Assembly: GCA_039815375.1 (NCBI GenBank)
Contig: JBCBZJ010000002.1
Span: 160,001-224,000, forward strand
Direction of reading: 5' to 3'
Length of the DNA: 64,000 nt
Origin: Verrucomicrobiota bacterium
Lineage (GTDB): Bacteria > Verrucomicrobiota > Verrucomicrobiia > Opitutales > Coraliomargaritaceae
The notes under the pieces were generated by a model. That model saw only the letters and a program-made list of their open reading frames with translations. It made no database searches and was not told where the DNA came from. This document shows positions 44,070 to 53,539 of this stretch, in pieces; positions within the stretch are counted from its first letter, which is position 1, and each line of letters opens with the position of its first letter. Made by a program: the position numbers and the translations under genes.

Positions 44070-44942
44070 ATGCACTTTATTGTCTCCCATACGACTGAAT
44101 ACGTTTACGAAGGTGCTGCCTCTGAGTCTTTTGCGGAGTTGCGTGTCTGGCCTCAGACTAATGGCGCGCAGACTGTGCTGAATCGTTCCCTCCATATTGA
44201 GCCTGAAAGTAAGGTGGATCATTACATCGACTACTTCGGCAATAACGTAGAGTTTTTCTCTATCCCTCGCCGTCACGGGGAGCTAACAGTTCGAGCTGAG
44301 GCTGAAGTGGAGACCTTTGATGTCCACCCGCCTGAGGCGGTCCTCGAGACTGCGATCGGGGAGGCGCGTCAAATTTACAACAGCACTCTGTATCAGGTTT
44401 TCGAATACCTTCAGCCGACTCGTTTGGTTCCGATTGATCAACACGGACGCATTCGCAAACGTTTCTTCCGGCAGGCTGCGACGGTGCGCGAGGCGTTGCT
44501 CGGGCTCAACGAGTGGATCTACAAGAGCTTTGAATACAAATCAGGTGTGACCGATATCTCGACATCGATTGCGGATGTGGTGAAACATCGGCGTGGCGTT
44601 TGTCAGGACTTTGCCAACCTGATGCTAGCCATCCTGCGCAGTAACGGCATGCCGGCCCGCTATGTCAGCGGCTATATCGAGGCGTTCGATCCGGAGTCTG
44701 GAGAGGCTTTGACCGGTGCGGCTGCCAGCCATGCTTGGGTAGAGGTTTACCTACCAGGTGGAATCTGGTGGGGCCTTGATCCCACAAACAATCAAACTGC
44801 CGGCGAGCGACACATCGTGGTTGCAGTTGGGCGTGATTATAACGATGTCGCTCCGATGCGGGGCACTTACAAGGGAGCCAATGACCAGAAACTTAAGGTA
44901 ATGGTTTCTCTCGAACGAAGAAAAATTGCCGACGCGATATGA
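44070..44942 (+). CDS. Transglutaminase-like protein
   Basis: N-terminal H.T.Y.Y, DYFGN, catalytic GVCQDFA / HAWVE / DPTN, GRDY.DV.P.RG. Confidence 0.9.
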   Translation: MHFIVSHTTEYVYEGAASESFAELRVWPQTNGAQTVLNRSLHIEPESKVDHYIDYFGNNVEFFSIPRRHGELTVRAEAEVETFDVHPPEAVLETAIGEARQIYNSTLYQVFEYLQPTRLVPIDQHGRIRKRFFRQAATVREALLGLNEWIYKSFEYKSGVTDISTSIADVVKHRRGVCQDFANLMLAILRSNGMPARYVSGYIEAFDPESGEALTGAAASHAWVEVYLPGGIWWGLDPTNNQTAGERHIVVAVGRDYNDVAPMRGTYKGANDQKLKVMVSLERRKIADAI

Positions 44943-45832
44943 AAATAGCGATCCATCACATCACACAACATGACTACGAGAATGAGGTTAGTTTCGGGAA
45001 CCACTCGCTCTACCTACGCCCCCTGGACAGTCATCGCAGACGGGTGCATGAGTTTTCAGTAGAGACCAAACCAGAGTCGATTCAGCGCTGGGTGCGCGAT
45101 GTCTATGGCAATATTGTCCTCGTTTGTGATTTTGGGCTCAAAACCTCGCGGACACTTCGCTTTGACACCAAAATGATCGTTGAGGTGGAGGATGACAATC
45201 CCTACGACTTCATCCTTGAGCCCCACGCAGTGGCCTATCCCTTCACCTACACCGAGCTGGAGCAACAATCCCTACAGCCTTTCTTCGGAGGCGCGGCCAA
45301 GCCTGGCGAACTCCGCGTCTTGGATTGGTTCTACTCCGCCGTCGAGGAGCCATTACAACACTCAAGCGTGGTTAAGTTCCTCTCGGATCTGAATGAAGCT
45401 ATCCGACGGGATATTGCCTACGTTACACGGCATGAGGAGGGGATTCAGGATCCTGATACGACTTTGCAGGACTGCAGAGGCTCCTGCCGTGATATGGCAG
45501 TGCTTTTGATGTCGGCCGCTCGACAGCTTGGGTTGGCTGCGCGCTTTGTCAGTGGCTACCTCTACGACCCACCGGTTGATTCAGGCGGTGAACACGCCTT
45601 TAACCGGGCAGTCGGATCAATGCACGCCTGGGTTGAAGTCTATCTTCCTGGAGCAGGCTGGAAGGGCTTTGATCCAACCAATGGAATTCTTGCGAATAGC
45701 TATTTTCTGCCGTCGGCCGTATCGCACGATCCACTTTTCGTGAATCCGATTCAGGGCCAGTATTTTTCCGAGACCCCGAGTGCCTCTAAACTCTCGGTCG
45801 AACTTTCGCTTGAGGAGGTGAAGGTTGGCTAA
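44939..45832 (+). CDS. Transglutaminase-like protein (type usually fused to DUF2126)
   Basis: GSCRD, ARFVSGYL, HAWVEVYLPGAGW.GFDPT. Confidence 0.9.
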   Translation: MKIAIHHITQHDYENEVSFGNHSLYLRPLDSHRRRVHEFSVETKPESIQRWVRDVYGNIVLVCDFGLKTSRTLRFDTKMIVEVEDDNPYDFILEPHAVAYPFTYTELEQQSLQPFFGGAAKPGELRVLDWFYSAVEEPLQHSSVVKFLSDLNEAIRRDIAYVTRHEEGIQDPDTTLQDCRGSCRDMAVLLMSAARQLGLAARFVSGYLYDPPVDSGGEHAFNRAVGSMHAWVEVYLPGAGWKGFDPTNGILANSYFLPSAVSHDPLFVNPIQGQYFSETPSASKLSVELSLEEVKVG

Positions 45833-47936
45833 ATCACCCGAGAAACTTGCAGAGAAGATCGATAGCTGGTTCAAATCAGAGGATATCGAGCTTACCATGG
45901 GAGGCGAGCCGACCTTTGTGCCTGCTGTTCCTGAAGCTGCCGAATGGAATACGGCGGCGATGGGCGATGAGAAGCTTGGCTATGCCCGTCGTATGGCCAG
46001 CGAGTTGCTCAGTGACGTTTACCCGGGTGCTCTTGCTATGCAGGTTTTTGGCAAATGGTATCCGGGCGAGCCGCTTCCACGTTGGAATATTCTTACCATG
46101 CAGAAGCGGGATGGTGCTCCATTGTGGCCAACACCGTCACGACTCCTACTCGACGATATTACGGGTGGGAATACGAAGGATATTGCCACAGATTTCATGG
46201 ATCGCCTGGCGCGCAAATTGAAGCTCAAGCGTTTCGTGCTCGAAGCAGTGGAACAGAATGAGAAAAAAACGCATTCTGGATGGGTGCTTCCTTTGAAGTC
46301 TACCTCCCGCAAGTGGGCTTCGGCGAAATGGCCTTTCACCAATAGGCGTCCAATCCAACTTTTCTCGGGCGAGAGCCCGATCGGCTTACGCTTGCCCCTC
46401 GACCAGTTGCCAAAGGGCTGCCTTCGGACGGCTTTGACCGTCGAAGTGCGGCATGGTGCGCTAGAGATTTTCATTCCACCGCTGGCTTGGGAGACTTTTG
46501 AGGCCCTTATCGGATTGATCCGCGAATTGGTTGAAGTTCTCGATCTAAAAGACCTCGTTTTTTGCGGATACGGGCCGGAGGAAAGCGGCGATGCGCTCAT
46601 TAGACTAGGTCTGGCGGCGGACCCCGGTGTGCTAGAAGTCAACCTGCCGCCCTGCGCAAGTTGGGAGGAATACGACCTTGTGCTCAAACAATGCGAGTAT
46701 GCCGCTTCAGCGGTGAAGTTGCAGTTTACCAAGTTTCAGCTCAACGGTATCGTCTATGGCACAGGCGGCGGATCTCATCTGACTTTTGGCGGTCCGGATT
46801 TGGAAAGTAATCCGTTCTTACAGGATCCTGGCCGTATCACTTCGCTACTTCGCTACTGGCAGCATCACCCTGCCTTGTCTTACCTCTTTTCCGGAGCATA
46901 TGTAGGACCCGGTAGTCAGGCCCCTCGTGTCGACGAGGGACCAATGCACGGGCTTTACGAGCTTGAGGTTGCTTGCGAAGGGATTGAAAAGTCGAATCCT
47001 GCGCCGAGCGGCGAATATATAGATCAGTTTCTTAAGAACCTGATGACTGATTCCTCCGGTAACACCCATCGGGCCGAGGTCTGTTTTGACAAGTTTCACA
47101 ATTATGCCACGTCCAACGGTCGCCTTGGTATTGTCGAAATGCGTGCCTTCGAAACCTTTCAGGATGCAGAAACCATGTCGCGCATCGCACTCTTCGTTCG
47201 CGCAGTCCTTGCCAGGCTTTTCAAGGCTCCTTTCTGCGATCCGCTGCTTCGTTTTGGTCCCAAGCTACATGATCGCTATTTCCTGCCCGCCTTCCTTTGG
47301 AAAGACTTCAAGGTGATGTGCAAGGATTTGAAGGCACACGGCTTTGCCTTCGATCCTAAATGGCTGCACCACGCCTTTGAGTTCCGCTTCCCCAAGCTTG
47401 GCAGGATGGAGTTGAAAGGTGGCGTAATTGAGCTGAGACAGGCCTTTGAGAGTTGGCCACTCATGGCCGAAGAGAGTCAGGAAAGCACGACGATCCGGGT
47501 AGTGGACAATTCCAGCGATCGCATACAGCTCACACTCTCGGACCAGGAACTACTCAATAAGGGCACCCTCCTGGTCAACGGGATCGAAGTGCCCTTTAAG
47601 AAAGTTAGCGGGCAGATGATTTGTGGCATTCGCTACAAATCTGCCAGTGCCTATCCTGCCTTGCATCCGCACGTGCCCATCCAGTCGCCACTTTTACTGG
47701 AATGGGTCGAGAAGAAGTCAGGTAAGACCAGGCAGGCGATGCACTACCACTATTGGAATCCGCGTGGAGACATCTACAAAGGTCGACCAAAGACCGAAAG
47801 GGACGCTGCCAAGCGCCGGAATGAGCGCTGGCAAACCGCAGATGGGCTTATCGGTAGAAAACCTGAGATCCAAAAGGCGAAACTCGCGCCCGAGTACAGC
47901 TATACTTTGGATCTGAGAAGGCAGCTCAGTGTTTAG
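45825..47936 (+). CDS. DUF2126 putative amidoligase
   Basis: LTMGGEPTFV, GKWYPGEPLPRW, DPGVLEVN, GTGGGSH, SQAPRVDE, GNTHRAE, TLDLRR. Confidence 0.88.
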   Translation: MAKSPEKLAEKIDSWFKSEDIELTMGGEPTFVPAVPEAAEWNTAAMGDEKLGYARRMASELLSDVYPGALAMQVFGKWYPGEPLPRWNILTMQKRDGAPLWPTPSRLLLDDITGGNTKDIATDFMDRLARKLKLKRFVLEAVEQNEKKTHSGWVLPLKSTSRKWASAKWPFTNRRPIQLFSGESPIGLRLPLDQLPKGCLRTALTVEVRHGALEIFIPPLAWETFEALIGLIRELVEVLDLKDLVFCGYGPEESGDALIRLGLAADPGVLEVNLPPCASWEEYDLVLKQCEYAASAVKLQFTKFQLNGIVYGTGGGSHLTFGGPDLESNPFLQDPGRITSLLRYWQHHPALSYLFSGAYVGPGSQAPRVDEGPMHGLYELEVACEGIEKSNPAPSGEYIDQFLKNLMTDSSGNTHRAEVCFDKFHNYATSNGRLGIVEMRAFETFQDAETMSRIALFVRAVLARLFKAPFCDPLLRFGPKLHDRYFLPAFLWKDFKVMCKDLKAHGFAFDPKWLHHAFEFRFPKLGRMELKGGVIELRQAFESWPLMAEESQESTTIRVVDNSSDRIQLTLSDQELLNKGTLLVNGIEVPFKKVSGQMICGIRYKSASAYPALHPHVPIQSPLLLEWVEKKSGKTRQAMHYHYWNPRGDIYKGRPKTERDAAKRRNERWQTADGLIGRKPEIQKAKLAPEYSYTLDLRRQLSV

Positions 47937-48199
47937 AGAGGAGTTGATGACTCGAGTCGTCACTCTACGTCGGTTCTAATCGCAACGATTCTGAATATCC
48001 CGAATAGTCCTGAAAATGTTCAATGCGCAATACTGTATAAACTATGGGCGTTGGGCATTGTGGCTTCTGATCACACAACCATGTCTTCGCAGTAAGATAG
48101 AGAGTTTACGATATTTGCTGTGAGCATGCGTGATCTCCTCCGCCTGCTTAGCATTGAATAGAAGGCAGGCGTGGAAGAGGGAGGGGTTCAGAGTAAATA

Positions 48200-48229
48200 A
48201 AAACGCCGCAGTTTTAGCTGCGGCGTTTT
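48200..48229. terminator. Bidirectional intrinsic terminator
   Basis: AAAACGCCGCAG-TTTTAG-CTGCGGCGTTTT between convergent transcription units. Confidence 0.8.
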
Positions 48230-48265
48230 GAAAGAGGAATGTTTGATAAGGAAAGCTATAGGATC

Positions 48266-48403
48266 TCAAAAGCCCGGGGCTCCACGCTCCCAATCGGCAG
48301 GACGACTCCAAGGCACTGCTGTATCATCAGGCGTAGCGTTGAAACAGCCAGCGAGTCCGAGTGTGCTTGTGCAAATTGCCAGGACGATGAGAAGTCTTAT
48401 CAT
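48266..48403 (-). CDS. 45-aa small lipoprotein (not in the ORF track)
   Basis: MIRLLIVLAICTSTLGLAGC-FNATPDDTAVPWSRPADWERGAPGF; canonical LAGC lipobox; lies between the upstream gene and the terminator. Confidence 0.72.
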   Translation of the reverse strand: MIRLLIVLAICTSTLGLAGCFNATPDDTAVPWSRPADWERGAPGF

Positions 48404-48420
48404 GCTTTTATGGAATCTAG

Positions 48421-49263
48421 TTATCGTAGAAGTTTAACGCTATCTCCAGCTGCGAGACCACTGCTGAGGACACCGGGAAGAATGTTGGCGATTGCCAGAG
48501 TTTCTGTCACCGTCGAAATCTGGACCTTCCCGACAGCCTGAAGATCTTGAACCAACGTGATGGTCTGTCCTGGGGCAAGACCCAGCTCGGGTCGGCTATC
48601 GAGCACAAGAAGACCGCTCGATGAGCTGACATTTTGAATAGTTGTGGCGGGGCCAACACTGACGGGAGAGATGGTTCCACCAGCTGTTGGGTCAAGGCTT
48701 AGGCTAACTCCACTGCCTGCGACGGGTGCAACGGTTGCTGGGCCGGATGCAGCGAGGGCGGTGTTTTTCGGGAGTGCTTTGGCCTCTTCAAGATCTGCCT
48801 CCAATTCTTCATTGGCTTCGGATAGCTCAGCAATGCGTTCGTTAAGCTGATTGATTTCTGCTTCTCGGCTGGCAGAGGCCAGTTTTTGTTCGGTGTCGAG
48901 TAGGTCGGCCCGAAGGCGGCGTGTGGTATCTTCGAGTTCTTCGATGCTACCACGTGCCTGCGTCATATCCTGCTGGGCCTTGGTCAGCTCCTGACGAGAG
49001 GTATAAAGCTCTGCGCGGACACCTTCGAGGTTTCGTTTGGTCTCAGCAGCCTTGTTACGTTCGGTGTTCAGGTTGGCTTCCAACTCACCAATCTTTCCAT
49101 TAGCGGTGGTTAGCTCGGCTCTACTTGTGTCGGCCGCTTCCTGTGCGTCGTTGAGTTGCGCGTCCAACTCCGCAAGCTTACCTTTGCTCACGAAGAAAAT
49201 TACGGCAGCCGCGACTGCTGCCGCGATCGCGAAGACGCGAAGGATTAGGGATAGGTATTTCAT
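48421..49263 (-). CDS. Membrane-anchored coiled-coil protein
   Basis: N-terminal TM helix, long heptad-rich helix, small C-terminal beta domain. Confidence 0.8.
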   Translation of the reverse strand: MKYLSLILRVFAIAAAVAAAVIFFVSKGKLAELDAQLNDAQEAADTSRAELTTANGKIGELEANLNTERNKAAETKRNLEGVRAELYTSRQELTKAQQDMTQARGSIEELEDTTRRLRADLLDTEQKLASASREAEINQLNERIAELSEANEELEADLEEAKALPKNTALAASGPATVAPVAGSGVSLSLDPTAGGTISPVSVGPATTIQNVSSSSGLLVLDSRPELGLAPGQTITLVQDLQAVGKVQISTVTETLAIANILPGVLSSGLAAGDSVKLLR

Positions 49264-49284
49264 GGTAGTTGGGATTTGTTCGAG

Positions 49285-50859
49285 TTATACAGTGTAAAAT
49301 AGACTATCGGTGATGGGTGATTTGCTTTCCATGGCGATGCCACGGTCGTTTGCAGCCAGATGGGTGAGTAACTTGAATATGAGTTCGGCTGCCGAATCTT
49401 GATTTAAGTTTTGTGCAATCGTAACAGTAGTCAATCGTTCTCCGGGCCTTTCGGCGAGAGTTTTTACAATGGCTCTTTCGAGCTCTAGCACGCCTGCGGC
49501 AGCTTTTTTGCCAGCCTCGACACCGGGTTGATGATAGGCGTTTATATTGACCAATGTGGCGTAAAAACCGACCGCACGTTCAAAGAGTGCGATGAGTTGG
49601 CCGACAGCTTCGGGAGTAACCTCGTCGATTGTGATAGTGATCGACTGACGGCCATTTTCATAGAGTGCATCGCGAGTGCCAAGATAGAAGCCTTGGAGGA
49701 AGTCGCCGGCGGTGATGCCTTCTTCGACTTCGATGGATGCGCCGGCGCGGTCTTTGAGCACTTCAATGAAAGTGACGAAGAAATTGTGCACGCCTTCACG
49801 GAGCTGCTGCACGTAAGCGTGCTGGTCAGTCGAGCCCTTGTTACCATAAACGGCGATACCCTGATTGACAATGGCACCGGCGAGGTCGAATTCCTTGCCG
49901 AGCGACTCCATGACGAGTTGTTGAAGGTATTTTGAAAAGAGCATGAGCCGGTCTTTGTAAGGTAACACGACCATGTCTTTCGCACCTTTGCCGTCGGTCG
50001 CAAAATGCCACATCAGTGCGAGCAGGGCGGCGGGGTTTTGTGCAGTCTCGTTACTGCGGGTTGCGGCGTCCATGGCAGCGGCACCGGCGAGCATCCGGTC
50101 AATGTCGAGGCCTTGAAGTGCTGCAGGGAGTAGGCCGACTGCGGCGAGTTCTGAGGTGCGTCCGCCAACCCAGTCCCACATGGGGAGGCGGGCAAGCCAG
50201 CCTTCGGATACAGCGACGCCATCAAGCTTGGAACCTTCTCCGGTGATGGCGATTGCGTGCTTTGCAAATTCGAGGCCAGCGGCACTGTAGGCGGCTTGAG
50301 CCTCAAGCATTCCGTTGCGGGTTTCGGGAGTGCCGCCGGATTTTGAAATGACAACGGAGAGCGTTGCGCCGAGCTGTCCTTCGAGAGCTTCGAGGGTGCG
50401 GTCAATGCCGTCCGGGTCAGTATTGTCGAAGAAAAAGAGCTTCATCTTGTCGCCCTTTTGGCTTCCCAGGGCGTCGGCCACAAACTGTGGTCCAAGAGCG
50501 GAGCCGCCGATGCCGACGACAAGGCAGTTTTTGAATGGGCCATTTGCGCCGGCGAGCTCTCCGGCGTGAACATCGGCAGCGATTTGCCTGATATCGGCGA
50601 GGCAGGTTTCGATCGCACTGGTAAGTTCCGGCTGCGGTGCAAGTGCTGCATTTCGTAGCCAGTAGTGGCCAACCATTCGGTTTTCGTCCGGATTGGCGAT
50701 GGCACCGGCCTCGAGCTCAGTCATCGCAGTGAACGCGGCCTGCATTTTTGGCTCCATTTCGGCAAGGAATTCGTCGCCGAAATCGATGCGGCTGATATCG
50801 AGTGCGAAATCGAGCTCAGGCAGTGAAAGGTAATGCTTCGTGAATTTTTCCCAGGACAT
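49285..50859 (-). CDS. pgi: Glucose-6-phosphate isomerase
   Basis: [43 protein letters not shown]. Confidence 0.95.
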   Translation of the reverse strand: MSWEKFTKHYLSLPELDFALDISRIDFGDEFLAEMEPKMQAAFTAMTELEAGAIANPDENRMVGHYWLRNAALAPQPELTSAIETCLADIRQIAADVHAGELAGANGPFKNCLVVGIGGSALGPQFVADALGSQKGDKMKLFFFDNTDPDGIDRTLEALEGQLGATLSVVISKSGGTPETRNGMLEAQAAYSAAGLEFAKHAIAITGEGSKLDGVAVSEGWLARLPMWDWVGGRTSELAAVGLLPAALQGLDIDRMLAGAAAMDAATRSNETAQNPAALLALMWHFATDGKGAKDMVVLPYKDRLMLFSKYLQQLVMESLGKEFDLAGAIVNQGIAVYGNKGSTDQHAYVQQLREGVHNFFVTFIEVLKDRAGASIEVEEGITAGDFLQGFYLGTRDALYENGRQSITITIDEVTPEAVGQLIALFERAVGFYATLVNINAYHQPGVEAGKKAAAGVLELERAIVKTLAERPGERLTTVTIAQNLNQDSAAELIFKLLTHLAANDRGIAMESKSPITDSLFYTV

Positions 50860-50891
50860 AATTATTTAATATAAAAGTGGAGGTTTGAAAT

Positions 50892-52607
50892 TTAAAGATT
50901 CTTGTCGGTGACGGCACCATCGGAAGCGGTGGCAACGAGAGCGGCGTATTTACCGAGCACGCCGCGTGTTTCTCCGGGGCCCTTCGGCTCAAAAGCCGCC
51001 ATGCGGGACTCGTATTCGTCGTCGTCGATCAGAACATTCATGCTGTTCTTCACTGCGTCGATTTCGATCATGTCGCCACTCTTTACGATCCCGATCGGCC
51101 CCCCCTTGGCAGCCTCGGGTGTAATATGCCCCACATCAAATCCATGACTGCCACCGGAGAAGCGTCCGTCAGTAATCAGAGCAACCTCTTTGATCAGCCC
51201 GCGGCCAGCAACTGCACTGGTTGGCGAAAGCATTTCACGCATTCCGGGTCCACCGACAGGGCCTTCGTTGCGAATGACGACGACGTCGCCGGAAACGACA
51301 TCGCCACGAAGGATCGCGATCAGAGCTTCTTCTTCGCCCTCGTAGACTTTGGCCGTGCCTTTGAAGTAAAGACCTTCCTTGCCGGTGATTTTACCGACTG
51401 CGCCACCAGGGGCTAGATTACCGCGAAGGATACGAAGGTGGGTGCTGCTTTTAATCGGGTCGTCCCATGGGCGGATAACGTCTTGTTCATCCGGGAAGCT
51501 TGCATAAGGCTGCACGTTTTTCAGAGATTCGGCCAGCGTCTCACCCGTTACGGTGAGTGCGTCGCCATGGAGGAGTCCGCGGTCGAGCAGCATCTTCATC
51601 ATTGGGCGAATACCGCCGATGCGGATGAGGTGGTTCATACTGTATTTGCCAAAGGGTTTGAGGTCGCCCATGACGGGCACACGTTCACCGAGTTCGGCAA
51701 AGTCATCAATGGTCAGTGGCACGTCGCAGGAATGCGCGATGGCAAGCAAGTGAAGCACGAGATTGGTTGAGCCGCCTAGCGCAACGCAGGTCGTGATGGC
51801 ATTTTCAAAGGCCTCGCGAGTCATGATATCGCGCGGAGTGATGCCTTTCTCGAGCATCGTGACGACCGCTTTGCCAGCCATCTCGCAGTCCTTGCGTTTG
51901 GACTCACTGACGGCGGCTTGGGCCGAACTGCCGGGTAGACTCATTCCGAGGGCCTCGATCGCGCTGGCCAGGGTGTTAGCGGTATACATGCCGCCGCAGG
52001 AGCCTGCACCGGGAATGGCATATTTCTCGACCTCCTTGAGTTCCTCATCGGTAAGCTCGCCCTTCGCGTGTTTGCCAACGGCTTCGAAGACCGAGACAAT
52101 ATCCATCGGGTTGCACTGCTCCTCCTCGTCTTTTGGGAGGAAGCCTGGAAGGATGGTGCCACCATAGACGAAAACCGCCGGGCGATTGAGGCGGGCGATT
52201 GCGATCATGCAGCCAGGCATATTTTTATCACAGCCACCGATGGCCACGAGACCATCAAAGCCTTCTGCCGCGACCGTGGTTTCGATGGAGTCGGCGATCA
52301 CGTCACGCGAAACGAGACTGTAGCGCATACCCTTTGTGCCCATGCTGATACCGTCGGAAACGGTGATGGTGCTGAAGTTGACTGCCTTGCCGCCTGCCTT
52401 ATTAATCCCGTTTGTAGCGTGTTTGGCGAGGTCGCCGAGGTGCATGTTGCAGGGAGTCAGGTCGCTGGGGGAACCGACTACGGAGATCTGTGGTTTTTGA
52501 AAGTCGACATCTTCAAAGCCGACAGCGCGCAACATCGAGCGGGCAGGCGCGCGGTCATGGCCATCGACGACGACGGAGGAGTGGGGACGTTTGTTTCGTT
52601 CAGCCAT
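50892..52607 (-). CDS. ilvD: Dihydroxy-acid dehydratase
   Basis: TPCNMH, SDGISMG, GCDKN.PG, CGGMYTAN, GGSTN, TDGRFSGG. Confidence 0.96.
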   Translation of the reverse strand: MAERNKRPHSSVVVDGHDRAPARSMLRAVGFEDVDFQKPQISVVGSPSDLTPCNMHLGDLAKHATNGINKAGGKAVNFSTITVSDGISMGTKGMRYSLVSRDVIADSIETTVAAEGFDGLVAIGGCDKNMPGCMIAIARLNRPAVFVYGGTILPGFLPKDEEEQCNPMDIVSVFEAVGKHAKGELTDEELKEVEKYAIPGAGSCGGMYTANTLASAIEALGMSLPGSSAQAAVSESKRKDCEMAGKAVVTMLEKGITPRDIMTREAFENAITTCVALGGSTNLVLHLLAIAHSCDVPLTIDDFAELGERVPVMGDLKPFGKYSMNHLIRIGGIRPMMKMLLDRGLLHGDALTVTGETLAESLKNVQPYASFPDEQDVIRPWDDPIKSSTHLRILRGNLAPGGAVGKITGKEGLYFKGTAKVYEGEEEALIAILRGDVVSGDVVVIRNEGPVGGPGMREMLSPTSAVAGRGLIKEVALITDGRFSGGSHGFDVGHITPEAAKGGPIGIVKSGDMIEIDAVKNSMNVLIDDDEYESRMAAFEPKGPGETRGVLGKYAALVATASDGAVTDKNL

Positions 52608-52741
52608 TATCTTTGTCTTTAATTCGTTGGTCCGGGTCTTTCTCGTTGCAGAAAAACCGGGAATTCAATCAATAGCGGATATCTCGACAACTCCCTTTTT
52701 GCTCTACAAGGCCGATATTAGCTATTTCAGTAACGCGTTAT

Positions 52742-53533
52742 ATGGATTTTGACCTGAAAAAGACTCTCGAAGCACTTCTTCTCTCCACCGCTGAACCAAT
52801 TACAATGAAACAATTGGTAAAGCTTTTTACACGTTTCCACGAGGAGGCAACTGCGGCTGCAGAGGAAGCAAAAGAGTCCACGGAAGAAGATGCGAATGAA
52901 GTTGAGTTGCCGAATCTGGTCACGCAGGCGCAGATTCTTGAGATTGTTACCGCTTTAATGGATGCGGCAGAGGTTGAAGACAAGGCCTACCGCATTATTG
53001 AGGGACCGAACGGTTACCAGATCGTAACTGCACCGCAGTTTGCAGAGTTTGTTCGGCTGCTTCGAGGAGAGCCGCGTCCAATGAAGTTGAGTCCCGCTGC
53101 TCTTGAAACCATGTCGATCGTCGCTTACCGTCAACCGGTGACACGAGCCGAAATGGAAGCGATCAGAGGTGTCTCGGTGGATAGTGCACTGAACAAACTG
53201 CTTGAGCTTGAGCTGGTCCATGTAACGGGTCGCGCGGAACTTCCCGGCCGCCCGATTCAGTATGGCACTACGGATAAGTTTCTCGAGTTCACCGGTATTA
53301 AGGAGCTCGACGAGTTACCCGCATCCGATGTGTTGACCAACCATCAGATCGACGAATGGATGCGGCGCAGCGATGAGCCTGTGGAAGAGATTTCTGATGA
53401 AGATGTCGGTCTGGCAAGAGAGCCTAACCCGGATGAACTGCCGTTGGATCAAGCTTTTGCCGAAATCGACTGGCAGGCTGAAAATGCTGAGAGTGATGCG
53501 GCTGATCAGGTTGCTGAAGTTGACGAAAAGTAG
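52742..53533 (+). CDS. scpB: SMC-Scp complex subunit ScpB
   Basis: LEALL, LSPAALETMSIVAYRQPVTRAEMEAIRGV, GRP..YGTT..FL. Confidence 0.92.
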   Translation: MDFDLKKTLEALLLSTAEPITMKQLVKLFTRFHEEATAAAEEAKESTEEDANEVELPNLVTQAQILEIVTALMDAAEVEDKAYRIIEGPNGYQIVTAPQFAEFVRLLRGEPRPMKLSPAALETMSIVAYRQPVTRAEMEAIRGVSVDSALNKLLELELVHVTGRAELPGRPIQYGTTDKFLEFTGIKELDELPASDVLTNHQIDEWMRRSDEPVEEISDEDVGLAREPNPDELPLDQAFAEIDWQAENAESDAADQVAEVDEK

Positions 53534-53539
53534 GACCTT

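Noticed and set aside
47937..48199. Possible precursor peptide for the ATP-grasp operon; palindrome GATGACTCGAGTCGTC
   Set aside because: Only very short ORFs without RBS or repeat cores; the palindrome most likely marks the transcript end.
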